34,285 nucleotides of DNA from IMG/VR virus record IMGVR_UViG_3300028586_000743, positions 1 through 34,285 of that record. One strand, given 5' to 3'. This DNA comes from a virus. Lineage: Duplodnaviria > Caudoviricetes. The notes below the pieces were generated by a model that ran no database searches, was not told the DNA's origin, and saw only the letters and a program-made list of their open reading frames with translations. A program made the translations under genes and the position numbers. Below, piece by piece: positions 1-7,527 of the stretch (position 1 is its first letter; each line of letters begins with the position of its first letter).

Positions 1-270
1 ATGGCTGAGCTCGAATCCTGCGTTGTACCTTTCCCGCTGCAGCGAAGCCCGTTGCATGAATCCGAACGCTCTCCCCTACCCTCTGAAGCTGCAGCTGAAT
101 TACGTGGCGTGATGCTCGGCAATCTGCTCGATCAACTAGCTGAACCTGACGGTTTGCAGCCAGCCGATCTGCGCGTGCGTATAGCTGCTCACTCAGCGCT
201 GGCTCTGCTCGATGAGATGGTCGTGCTTTATCGCCGCGCCCTCTCCGATGTTCGAGGAGGTAGCAGATGA
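1..270 (+). CDS. Small hypothetical protein, translationally coupled to the qslA-like gene; may start upstream of the window
   Basis: 89-aa ORF with an N-terminal VVPFP motif. Its stop overlaps the next start (ATGA, 267-270), which is preceded by a GGAGG RBS. Confidence 0.6.
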   Translation: MAELESCVVPFPLQRSPLHESERSPLPSEAAAELRGVMLGNLLDQLAEPDGLQPADLRVRIAAHSALALLDEMVVLYRRALSDVRGGSR

Positions 271-614
271 GCAAGGGTGTGATGACCTACCTCCCGCCGC
301 ACGACGGCCATCCAGGCATGGAGATAGCTTGGGCTACCGATTGTAGAAAGGCGTTCAACCAAGGCGTAAAGCTGGCACAAACCTGGCTCGATAACGTTCG
401 TAGCGGATGGCTCTGGGCAGTGATGATCGCGGAGCGCGATCTGCTGCCCTGCGCTATTGAGAGGCGAGCTTTTGAGGTGGGTTTCCTGAGTCGTATCCAC
501 CAGCGTATGTGCTCGCATCATCACTGCGGTGAGCCGGCCGAGACCTATACTGCGGGTGATTGCTTTGGCCACAGAAAGATCCTGACGCTCGCCGGAGCGT
601 CAGGGCTGACCTGA
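267..614 (+). CDS. qslA: LasR-specific antiactivator QslA family protein
   Basis: The pattern PPxDxxPG...W...AxxxGVxxAxxWL...GxLW...RDxLP...AFEVGFLSRIHQR matches my recollection of P. aeruginosa QslA (AFEVAFLTRLQQRL). Good RBS. Confidence 0.75.
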   Translation: MSKGVMTYLPPHDGHPGMEIAWATDCRKAFNQGVKLAQTWLDNVRSGWLWAVMIAERDLLPCAIERRAFEVGFLSRIHQRMCSHHHCGEPAETYTAGDCFGHRKILTLAGASGLT

Positions 615-943
615 GCCATGGCAAATGCCAATGAAGCGGCCTGTTTACACAGGCTAGGAAAGAAGGTTCTGAGCTAACGAAGTGCAGGGTCAGCGTCCTG
701 CCTGTTCGCACTTCGTTAGCCCAGAGACCGAAGAATATTTCGGTAGCGGCCGTCTGCCAATCCAGTTGATAGGGCACTGGCTACAGGTGGCGACCGGCCT
801 CGTTCCTTTCTCGTTGCAGTTTCAGGCCATGGCTGCATTCCCGTGCATATGTCGCTCGGACAACAGAGCCTGCGCGCTGCGCTTGCTGGTGGCGCCTGTA
901 AGGTCGGTGGAATGGCGGTCTTGCTGTTTCCTCTCACCGTATC

Positions 944-1060
944 ACGGCGTTCTCGCCGTCAAGGGCTGCATGCGCTTCGCGCATTTGCGGCCGGGCCGGC
1001 TATCGCCCCCTGACTGCTGCGCTGCGCCGTGCTGGACCGGTTCCGGGCAATTCCGCCCGA
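944..1060 (+). ncRNA. Structured leader upstream of radC, probably the radC RNA/ssDNA motif
   Basis: Nested stems: GTCAAGGG (958-965)/CCCCTGAC (1007-1014), GCTGCA/TGCGGC and TGCGC-TTC-GCGCA. Further hairpins at 944-959 and 1045-1058, just before the RBS. The position matches the described radC motif. Confidence 0.55.
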
Positions 1061-1077
1061 GCAACTGGAGCATGATC

Positions 1078-1584
1078 ATGTCGCAGCTTTCTCTCGTCTT
1101 TGACACTTCCCTGATGATTCGCGACGAGCAAGGTCGCTATCTGCCTGCCACTGCAGAACAGATCCTGGATGCTGCTCGCAAGGTGATCGATCAGAAGGTT
1201 CAGCGAGGAGCAGCCTTCACGTCTTCGGAGCTGGTCAAGGACTATTTGATCGCGAAGCTGGGTGGCTTTGAACACGAGGTTTTCTCAGTACTGTTTCTCG
1301 ATGCCAAGCATCGCCTGATCCAGTACGTCGAGATGTTCCGCGGCACCATCGACAGTGCGTCTGTGTATCCACGCGAGGTGGTCAAGGAAGCACTGCACCT
1401 GAATGCGGCTGCAGCGATCTTCGCGCACAATCATCCAAGCGGAAATCCAGAGCCAAGCCAGGCTGACAAGGTGCTCACACAGCGTTTGAAAGAATCCTTG
1501 GCGCTGGTCGATGTCCGCTCGCTGGATCACGTCATCGTGGCTGGCCAACGCACGGTGTCTTTCGCTGAGCTTGGGGTGCTATGA
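1078..1584 (+). CDS. radC: RadC-like JAB domain protein (mobile-element type)
   Basis: Motifs E-x-F-x-V-L-F-L-D, GTIDSASVYPREV, HNHPSGNPEPSQAD and LDHVIV. GGAG RBS at 1067-1070. Start ATG at 1078 (or 1072), not 682. Confidence 0.93.
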   Translation: MSQLSLVFDTSLMIRDEQGRYLPATAEQILDAARKVIDQKVQRGAAFTSSELVKDYLIAKLGGFEHEVFSVLFLDAKHRLIQYVEMFRGTIDSASVYPREVVKEALHLNAAAAIFAHNHPSGNPEPSQADKVLTQRLKESLALVDVRSLDHVIVAGQRTVSFAELGVL

Positions 1585-1587
1585 ACC

Positions 1588-1609
1588 AAGGGGGCTGAGC
1601 CCCCTTTTT
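1588..1609 (+). terminator. Rho-independent terminator after radC
   Basis: AAGGGGGC-TGA-GCCCCCTT followed by TTT. Confidence 0.8.
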
Positions 1610-1619
1610 GCTGCGGTCT

Positions 1620-2337
1620 TCAAGCGTGCGCAGCGTGTTCCGTCGGTTCCTCCTCCTTGGCCGCCAGCCCAACCGTCCAGTGGCCGCCGTTCTCTTGGAT
1701 CAGATGCAGCAGGTCGTAGGTTCTGATCATGTCCAGTAGACCAGAGTGGCCGTAGGCGTTTGGCGAGAATGCCGGATCGGTACGCTTGAGGTACTGCCCA
1801 AGGGCGCTCAGGGTGACCTTGCCTTCGCTGGTTCCACCTGCAAGCAGAGATACGGCATCGACCACGAACCTTGGTCGCCGTTTGACGACAGACTTGCTGG
1901 GTTCGGGCTTGGCGGTTTCCTGCTTGCAGCTCGACTCAGCCTTGGCCGCAGGTTTCTCGGCATGCTCCGCAACAGGTTCCTGGAAATGATCCTCGCGACG
2001 CCACTCGAAGAACTGATCACTGGCGTTACGCAGTGCGTCGGGGGTCTTGGGTTCACCGACGATGCAGACGGTAGCGCCGCGCTCTCTGAGCTTGCGGCAC
2101 AGGTAGGCGAAATCGGAGTCGCTGGTTACCAGGCAGAACGTATCCGCGCGCTGATCGAAGAGCGCCTCCATGGCATCCAAGGCCAGGGCGATGTCGGAGG
2201 TATTCTTGCCGGCTGCATACTGGTACTGCAGGCATGGCGTGAAGGCCAGTCGAACCAGAGCCTCCTGCCATTTGTTGGCCAAGGTGCCGTGATTGCCATA
2301 TCCCCTTCTCAGGACGACACGGCCGAACTGGGCCACC
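1620..2337 (-). pseudogene. NYN domain protein with C-terminal LOTUS/OST-HTH domain, 5'-truncated by IS3
   Basis: Motifs RRGYGN, GKNTSDIALALDA, LVTSDSDF, LRERG..V..VGE and C-terminal LGQYLKRTDPAFSPNAYG. The N-terminal strand with the first catalytic Asp (DxxN) is absent, and the frame runs into the IS end at 2338. Confidence 0.85.
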
Positions 2338-2355
2338 TGAATCGCCCCGGCTTTC

Positions 2356-3261
2356 CTAGACACTTTCCAAGCTCTGGAAATATCGCTTCTCAAACTCCAC
2401 TGGCGATAGCTGCATAGCGCTACTGTGCCGGCGTTTAGGGTTATAGAACATCTCGATGTAATCGAACACATCAGCGCGTGCTTCTTCGCGGGTGCTGTAG
2501 GTTTTTCGTCTGATACGTTCGCGCTTCAGTAGTTGGAAAAAGCTTTCTGCCACGGCGTTGTCGTGACAGTTACCGCGCCGGCTCATGCTACTGATTAGGT
2601 TGTTGGCCTTAAGGAAACTTTGCCAGTCCAGGCTACTGAACTGACTGCCCTGGTCTGAGTGGATCATCACTTCCTGCTTGGGTTTGCGCCGCCACACCGC
2701 CATCAGTAAGGCATCAATCGCTAGATCGCTGCACATCCGTGGCTTCATCGACCAGCCGACCACCTGGCGTGAAAACAGATCCAGCACCACTGCCAAGTAC
2801 AGCCAGCCTTCATAGGTGCGAATGTAGGTGATGTCAGTGACCCAGACCTTATTGGGTTCTGCGACCTTGAACTGTCTCTCCAGTCGATTGGGTGAGGCTA
2901 CTGTCGGCTTGCCGCCGTAATAGCCAGGGCGCCGACGATAGCCAGTCTGCGAGCGCAGCTTCTCCAACCTCATCAGGCGGGCCACGCGGTGACGACCACA
3001 AGACTCACCCAGCTCACGCAGGTCGTCGTGGATCTTTCGGTAGCCGTAGACACCACCACTTTCCAGCCACGCATGCTTGATCAGCCCGAGCAGACGCTGA
3101 TCTTCCTTGGCGCGTACGGACTTAGGCTCGGATAGCCAAGCGTAGTAACCGCTGGGATGCACTTTGAGTGTTTGGCAGAGACGCCGAACCGGATACTCCA
3201 CCGACAGCTTGCTGATGAAGGCGTACTTCAGCCGGACTCCTTGGCAAAGTACGCGGCGGCC
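2356..3261 (-). CDS. IS3 transposase OrfB (DDE/rve), made as OrfAB by -1 frameshift
   Basis: Motifs WVTDITY, HSDQGSQF, GNCHDNAVAESFF and YNPKRRHS. The frame is open back to the A6G slippery site. Confidence 0.95.
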   Translation of the reverse strand, partial: GRRVLCQGVRLKYAFISKLSVEYPVRRLCQTLKVHPSGYYAWLSEPKSVRAKEDQRLLGLIKHAWLESGGVYGYRKIHDDLRELGESCGRHRVARLMRLEKLRSQTGYRRRPGYYGGKPTVASPNRLERQFKVAEPNKVWVTDITYIRTYEGWLYLAVVLDLFSRQVVGWSMKPRMCSDLAIDALLMAVWRRKPKQEVMIHSDQGSQFSSLDWQSFLKANNLISSMSRRGNCHDNAVAESFFQLLKRERIRRKTYSTREEARADVFDYIEMFYNPKRRHSSAMQLSPVEFEKRYFQSLESV

Positions 3262-3506
3262 TTTTTTAGGATGTCTCGCTCTTCGGTCACTCGCTTGAGT
3301 TCAGCACGCAGACGACGCAGTTCGGCCTGCTGATCGTCCTCTAGCTGCCGCTTTTCCTGGGGCTTGCTGTAGCGCTTGATCCAGGCATACAGGCTGTGCA
3401 CCGACATACCTAACCGCGCTGCCACTTCGGCTACAGGAAGGCCACGCTCGGTCACTTGCTTGACCGCTTCGATTTTGAATTCTTCGGGGTAACGCTGGTT
3501 GCTCAT
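3228..3506 (-). CDS. IS3 transposase OrfA (HTH)
   Basis: Motifs RYPEEFKIEAV, an HTH and ERDILKKAAAYF. GGAGG RBS. Confidence 0.95.
   Translation of the reverse strand: MSNQRYPEEFKIEAVKQVTERGLPVAEVAARLGMSVHSLYAWIKRYSKPQEKRQLEDDQQAELRRLRAELKRVTEERDILKKAAAYFAKESG
3261..3267 (-). other. IS3 programmed -1 frameshift site A AAA AAG
   Basis: CTA AAA AAG in orfA; the -1 frame is orfB. Confidence 0.85.
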
Positions 3507-3616
3507 GGCACCTCCTAGTGGGCCTCATTATGAGGCTTGGAGGTGTCTACGAAACTAGGGGCGATTCAAGTAGTTGACCTACTCGCTCCAAATCCCAACC
3601 TACAAAAATGTGCGTA

Positions 3617-4447
3617 TTACATTAATGCGTCAATTGCCGCCCAATACTCGTCTCGAGCTTTGCCGGCATTACTACTTAGGTAATTCTTATTGTCTAAGAA
3701 CAGTTTTTTGCACTTTGACAGTTCTTGCGTCATCCATTTTTCCGTTGGCCATCCGCCGGGCTGCCTAAAGGAACGATCATACTGTTCTGTGTATGTTGGC
3801 GTAATCATGTAATATATGTCGGTATTTGAATAAGCTATACCTGCAACCGAGAATTCAATCCCAAGCTTCACAAACTCTTCATTTGAAGCCCCCTTAGTTT
3901 TCAGAACGAGCTGATTCAAGCTCGAAAGCAGACTTGAGCACATGTAGAACTTGTAAGCTTTTTCTAGATCCACGACTCTTCTGTTTGGGTTCTGGGCCTG
4001 GGGCGCGCTGACCTCCTCACTTACAGGCTTTCGAGTCTCAGCAGGATTTTCAACTTTTGCAGGCTCATTGCTTATCTGCGTCTGATTTTCAACTTCCACT
4101 TCTGCAACTCGCTCCTTAGAGGCAGGAGCAGATACACTGTTGGCTTTGAGTTCAGAAATACGACCCATGATGGCGTTCAGTATGCATTGCTCTTCTTTAC
4201 AAGCATTTCTGAGCTTCAACCATTCTCGCTGCATTGCTCTAATGTAACTTGCTTTTTGCTCTGCTGCTGAGCCCATCGCTTCTTTGTAAGCAATGCTAAG
4301 CTCATCATCCAGATTCGAAAGTTCTGGATTATTACAGATCGCTTTTTCTGAATATGTTGATGCTTTGGAGCAATCGTAGCTTGCTGCTAAAGCTTTTGAT
4401 GATGCAAGAGCAACTACTGTAATTAGAACAGCTTGAATAGCACGCAT
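3617..4447 (-). CDS. Exported LprI-like (lysozyme inhibitor) domain protein with an unknown C-terminal domain
   Basis: Signal peptide, then ASYDCSKA...EKAIC..PELS.LD..L...Y...QREWL..RN.C....CI...RI.EL, a low-complexity linker and a helical C-domain. AT-rich. Confidence 0.8.
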   Translation of the reverse strand: MRAIQAVLITVVALASSKALAASYDCSKASTYSEKAICNNPELSNLDDELSIAYKEAMGSAAEQKASYIRAMQREWLKLRNACKEEQCILNAIMGRISELKANSVSAPASKERVAEVEVENQTQISNEPAKVENPAETRKPVSEEVSAPQAQNPNRRVVDLEKAYKFYMCSSLLSSLNQLVLKTKGASNEEFVKLGIEFSVAGIAYSNTDIYYMITPTYTEQYDRSFRQPGGWPTEKWMTQELSKCKKLFLDNKNYLSSNAGKARDEYWAAIDALM

Positions 4448-4466
4448 ACTTTCTCCATTACGAAAA

Positions 4467-4487
4467 GGCCTTCGATTCGCGAAGGCC
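4467..4487. other. Intergenic hairpin
   Basis: GGCCTTCG-ATTCG-CGAAGGCC, followed by TTTT on the minus strand, just before the LprI-like RBS. Confidence 0.45.
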
Positions 4488-4539
4488 CTCTTTCCCTTTT
4501 GACTAGTGCTTTGGATTAGCTCTCAATGCCATCAGCCCA

Positions 4540-5013
4540 TCACTGAAGCACGGGGAAGCTCAGATTGTCTAATGCTTTACGCCCGCGAAATCGATAGCGC
4601 TGAACTAAGTATGTGCTTATGGTTGCAGATACAATTGTGAAGACAAATGGCACTATGAGGTCGTATTTATTCATAGCAGGGAACGCTATGCATGCGAATC
4701 CTATGAGAAACAAAACGAAGTTGCACATAACTATAAACAATGAGGTGTGATTTTCTTCTTTCAGAATTTCGCCGTCAGGCAGCTGAATGGCTGCTATACG
4801 CTTCCCTGACCATCCGCTGATGATCGACATTCTCAAAGTTTTCCCTGGCTTTATAAACGAGGTAATCAGTAGTCCGCAGTTCAAATTCATGATGCGCTCA
4901 CTACCAATCTTTACAAAAGAGAAGCCGCAATGTTGAGCATCTCCGCTTACAATACCTTTACCTACTTCACTGATTACGCCTTTAACAATCCTGATCTTTC
5001 CCATGGCCTTCAA
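4540..5013 (-). CDS. Hypothetical membrane protein (beta-rich N-terminus, two C-terminal TM helices)
   Basis: 157-aa AT-rich ORF with hydrophobic segments LFIVMCNFVLFLIGFACIAF and LIVPFVFTIVSATISTYLV. GGAG upstream. The start could be ATG at 5004. Confidence 0.7.
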   Translation of the reverse strand: MKAMGKIRIVKGVISEVGKGIVSGDAQHCGFSFVKIGSERIMNLNCGLLITSFIKPGKTLRMSIISGWSGKRIAAIQLPDGEILKEENHTSLFIVMCNFVLFLIGFACIAFPAMNKYDLIVPFVFTIVSATISTYLVQRYRFRGRKALDNLSFPVLQ

Positions 5014-5045
5014 TTACTCCATTCAAGCATCCATATTCGCGCCTG

Positions 5046-5074
5046 ATGGTGTCAACAAGCCATTACATTGTCAA
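5046..5074 (-). promoter_or_regulatory. Candidate sigma70 promoter for the AT-rich cargo genes
   Basis: Two perfect TTGACA hexamers (5074-5069 and 5055-5050). The first lies 17 bp from a weak -10 (CACCAT). Confidence 0.35.
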
Positions 5075-5100
5075 TCGCACGGCGCCTCCTATTTGACACC

Positions 5101-6369
5101 TCATCCCACCCTTGGCAAATCCCTCCAGCTGCTGGTATACGACGGCGACAGCATCTCTCGCTTCATCTGCCAAGCCCTGCCACCGGGCCAGATCGTCCCT
5201 ACCCTCACAGCCCCCCTGCCGTACCTCTGGTTCAACTGATCAATTGCCGCCATCAGCCGGTCGCAATTTTTCCTGGGTGGCTCTGCAAAAAGATCAGGCG
5301 TGTACTCATCGCTCTGCACGAGATTTGTTAGCAAAATCCCGACCTTCGAGTACGCATAGCCTTTCCTGAAAATACGGGTGAGCGCGTGATTGGCAGCTTG
5401 GGTCATTAAGAGCGTGTCGTTTGTGGGATGCGGCAGCACGCAGCGGGCGCTGTTGAAATAGCGCTGGTTGTCTTTGACGAAACCTGAGGTCTGTAGGTTA
5501 ATGACCATCTGTTCGGCCAAACTGCCCTGCTCCCTAAGCTTTTCGGCAGCACGGGCGACGTAGCTCGCCAGAGCCTCGCGGATGGGCTCGATCTGCTTCA
5601 GCTTTGTGCCGAACATCTTTGAGCTACAGATCTCTTTTTTGAGATCGGGAGCTTGATGCATGCGCAGCCATTCCTCTCCCCTTAGCTCTCTTGCAGTCCT
5701 TTCGAGCACGCGTCCGAATGTTTTACGGATATCTGAAGGGTCAGCATGGGCGAGATCCCAGGCGGTCCTGATGCCCATGACTTCGAGCGATTTTGAGAGC
5801 CTGCGACCGACTCCCCACACTTCTTCAACCGGCGCTACCTTGAGCAGCTTGTCGCGGCGAATTGGATCAGTGAGATCGACCACGCCACCGGTTTTCGTCC
5901 ATTTTTTAGCCGCGTAATTCGCGAGTTTTGCGAGTGTTTTTGTGTGCCCTATGCCGACGCCAACGGGCATCGCGCACTCGTTCCATACGCGCTCTTTAAT
6001 GCTCTTGCCAATGGCTGTGAGATCACCTTGCATGCCGGTTAGGTCAGCCCAGCATTCGTCAATGCTGTAGACCTCTATGTCCGGAACGCAGGAGTGGATA
6101 CAGCGCATGACTTTGTTCGACACCTCAGTGTAGAGCGCGTAGTTGCTCGAAAAAGCTACTGCGCCCTGGTGTCTAAGTTCGTCTTTGATTTCGAAGTACA
6201 GAGCGCCCATGGCGATGCCTAAGGCTTTTGCTTCACGTGTGCGAGCGATGACACACCCGTCGTTGTTCGACAGCACGACAATAGGGGTCGTAGCAAGCTC
6301 GGGGCGGAAGATTCGTTCGCACGAGCAGTAGAAGCTGTTGCAATCGACCAGAGCATAGACGCGTCTCAC
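5101..6369 (-). CDS. umuC: Y-family DNA polymerase V catalytic subunit UmuC/RulB
   Basis: Motifs LVDCNSFY, LSNNDGC, FSSNYALY, YSIDE, TKTLAKLAN and WQMKREMLSPSYT. The GTG start overlaps the umuD-like stop (GTGA). Confidence 0.95.
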   Translation of the reverse strand: MRRVYALVDCNSFYCSCERIFRPELATTPIVVLSNNDGCVIARTREAKALGIAMGALYFEIKDELRHQGAVAFSSNYALYTEVSNKVMRCIHSCVPDIEVYSIDECWADLTGMQGDLTAIGKSIKERVWNECAMPVGVGIGHTKTLAKLANYAAKKWTKTGGVVDLTDPIRRDKLLKVAPVEEVWGVGRRLSKSLEVMGIRTAWDLAHADPSDIRKTFGRVLERTARELRGEEWLRMHQAPDLKKEICSSKMFGTKLKQIEPIREALASYVARAAEKLREQGSLAEQMVINLQTSGFVKDNQRYFNSARCVLPHPTNDTLLMTQAANHALTRIFRKGYAYSKVGILLTNLVQSDEYTPDLFAEPPRKNCDRLMAAIDQLNQRYGRGAVRVGTIWPGGRAWQMKREMLSPSYTSSWRDLPRVG

Positions 6370-6797
6370 GGGCGCATGTCTCGAAGCAAGAAATCGACGA
6401 TGCCCCAGAGCAAAACGTCGCCCTCGTCGGCCAAACGCTGAACCTCGCACGCTCGGTCTATGGTGACAAGAGAGCGCTTTTTCTCTGCATCTGTGAGTAT
6501 CGAGCAGAGCTTGAATTCATGCTCGATGATGACGATTGCGGCACGCCCAGGAGCTGCCTGACTGGCACGGTTCACAACGAGTACGTCATTTTTGTGGACG
6601 CCCAAGCCAGCCAGCGCGTCGCTGTCAGCGATCCATAGCCAGATGTGCGGGGCACCCAAGCTGACGAATTCGTCAATGCTAAGCGGCCCCTGCTCGTGAT
6701 CTCCAGCGGGCGCTTGGAAGCCAGTGATCTTCAGTTTTTCTGGTGAGAGGCAGAGCCGTTCCATTCGGCGGCCAGGGGTTCGAAATGCGGTATTCAT
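6366..6797 (-). CDS. umuD: UmuD/RulA-like S24 family protein, catalytically degenerate
   Basis: Pattern GFQAPAGDH...LSIDE...APH...DVLVVNR...LWGIV. The usual GDSM reads SDAL and the usual TVKRL reads KLCSI. Coupled to umuC. Start ATG at 6797, below the SOS box. Confidence 0.8.
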   Translation of the reverse strand: MNTAFRTPGRRMERLCLSPEKLKITGFQAPAGDHEQGPLSIDEFVSLGAPHIWLWIADSDALAGLGVHKNDVLVVNRASQAAPGRAAIVIIEHEFKLCSILTDAEKKRSLVTIDRACEVQRLADEGDVLLWGIVDFLLRDMRP

Positions 6798-6813
6798 CGG
6801 GCTGCCCGACACA

Positions 6814-6829
6814 CTGTATGAACATACAG
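6814..6829. promoter_or_regulatory. LexA (SOS) box between the divergent umuDC and SRAP genes
   Basis: CTGTATGAACATACAG is CTG-N10-CAG, a near-perfect palindrome. Confidence 0.92.
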
Positions 6830-6866
6830 TATAGTGTCTTTTTTCAGCCGGCAAAGGGGGTGGACG

Positions 6867-7307
6867 ATGTGTGGCGGCGTAGAAATTTCGGGCAAATACA
6901 CGAAGACAGGTGAGCAGCTGAAGATCTATTTCCCGAACCCGAGAGCGGCACTGCCTGTGCTTAGCGTTTCGGATGAGGTGATTTGGGTGCCATGGGGAAG
7001 GAGACGCGAGCAGCCTGGAAAAGGCCCACAGGGCGGATGGGCGAGGCTGTCGTCAGTCGAAGAAGGCAAATGGATGAAGTACGGGCCGACGCGTGTTCGC
7101 ATCCCTGCCAGCAGCTTTATGGAAAAGGACGAATCGAAGGTGAGCCATTGGTTCGATCTTGATGCGGGACAGGCGCTTGAGGGCCTGGTGATCGGCGAAG
7201 GTGATCAGCAACGGGTATATGTGATTACGACCGAGGCCATAGATGACCAGGCGTGGGTACACGACCAGTGGCCGCTGCTTTGTAGCCAGAACTGGCTTCA
7301 AGCCTAA
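6867..7307 (+). CDS. Short SRAP-like (SOS response-associated peptidase/HMCES-like) protein
   Basis: Begins M-C-G; motifs WG, AR, IPASSFME and VHDQWP (cf. IPAxxFYEW and HDRMP). Lies next to a LexA box and umuDC. Only 146 aa. Confidence 0.72.
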   Translation: MCGGVEISGKYTKTGEQLKIYFPNPRAALPVLSVSDEVIWVPWGRRREQPGKGPQGGWARLSSVEEGKWMKYGPTRVRIPASSFMEKDESKVSHWFDLDAGQALEGLVIGEGDQQRVYVITTEAIDDQAWVHDQWPLLCSQNWLQA

Positions 7308-7398
7308 TGGCCTTGTTCATGTCGTCGATAGAGACATGGAAGTCAGGCTTTTTGATCATGCCATCGAGCACTCTCACACTCAGATTTCTGTCTTGCAT
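7225..7398 (-). CDS. Short ORF resembling the C-terminal tail of AbrB/MazE-type (VapB-like) antitoxins; possibly a remnant
   Basis: SVRVLDGMIKKPDFHVSIDDMNKAI resembles the LxGMLxKPxxPVSIEDMNxAI tail. It overlaps the SRAP 3' end convergently. Confidence 0.35.
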   Translation of the reverse strand: MQDRNLSVRVLDGMIKKPDFHVSIDDMNKAIRLEASSGYKAAATGRVPTPGHLWPRS

Positions 7399-7461
7399 GC
7401 CTCCGCCCCCTAATGTAGCGCAACCAATATATATCAAGCATAGACGTTGGTTGCCGGAATC

Positions 7462-7514
7462 GGACCCTAACAGGCGGTGGACCCTATACGGACCCTAAAA
7501 CGTATGAACCCTAA
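7462..7514 (+). repeat. Four G(G/A)ACCCTA direct repeats; candidate integrase arm-type sites
   Basis: GGACCCTAA at 7462, GGACCCTAT at 7479, GGACCCTAA at 7490 and GAACCCTAA at 7506, 60-110 bp from the att core. Confidence 0.6.
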
Positions 7515-7527
7515 AAAACCCGCCCAT

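Larger units (their letters stand above)
2338..3568 (-). mobile_element. IS3-family insertion sequence (IS222-like), 1231 bp
   Basis: TG...CA ends and 26-bp imperfect inverted repeats (TGAATCGCCCCGGCTTTCCTAGACAC vs TGAATCGCCCCTAGTTTCGTAGACAC, 22/26). orfA/orfB layout. No flanking direct repeat. Confidence 0.95.

Noticed and set aside
716-937. 73-aa minus-strand ORF in the radC leader
   Set aside because: No recognisable motif, and it overlaps the candidate promoter. More likely non-coding, though not excluded.
682-1077. 132-aa N-terminal extension of RadC in the ORF track
   Set aside because: It reads through the structured leader, has an implausible composition, and a good RBS precedes ATG 1072/1078.
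6370-6450. Extended UmuC start (likewise the track starts at 6854 for umuD and 6834 for SRAP)
   Set aside because: These extensions overlap neighbouring genes or the SOS box. SRAP needs Cys at position 2.
7462-7514. Mini CRISPR array or iterons
   Set aside because: The repeats are only 8-9 bp with 2-8 bp gaps, and no cas or rep gene is nearby.
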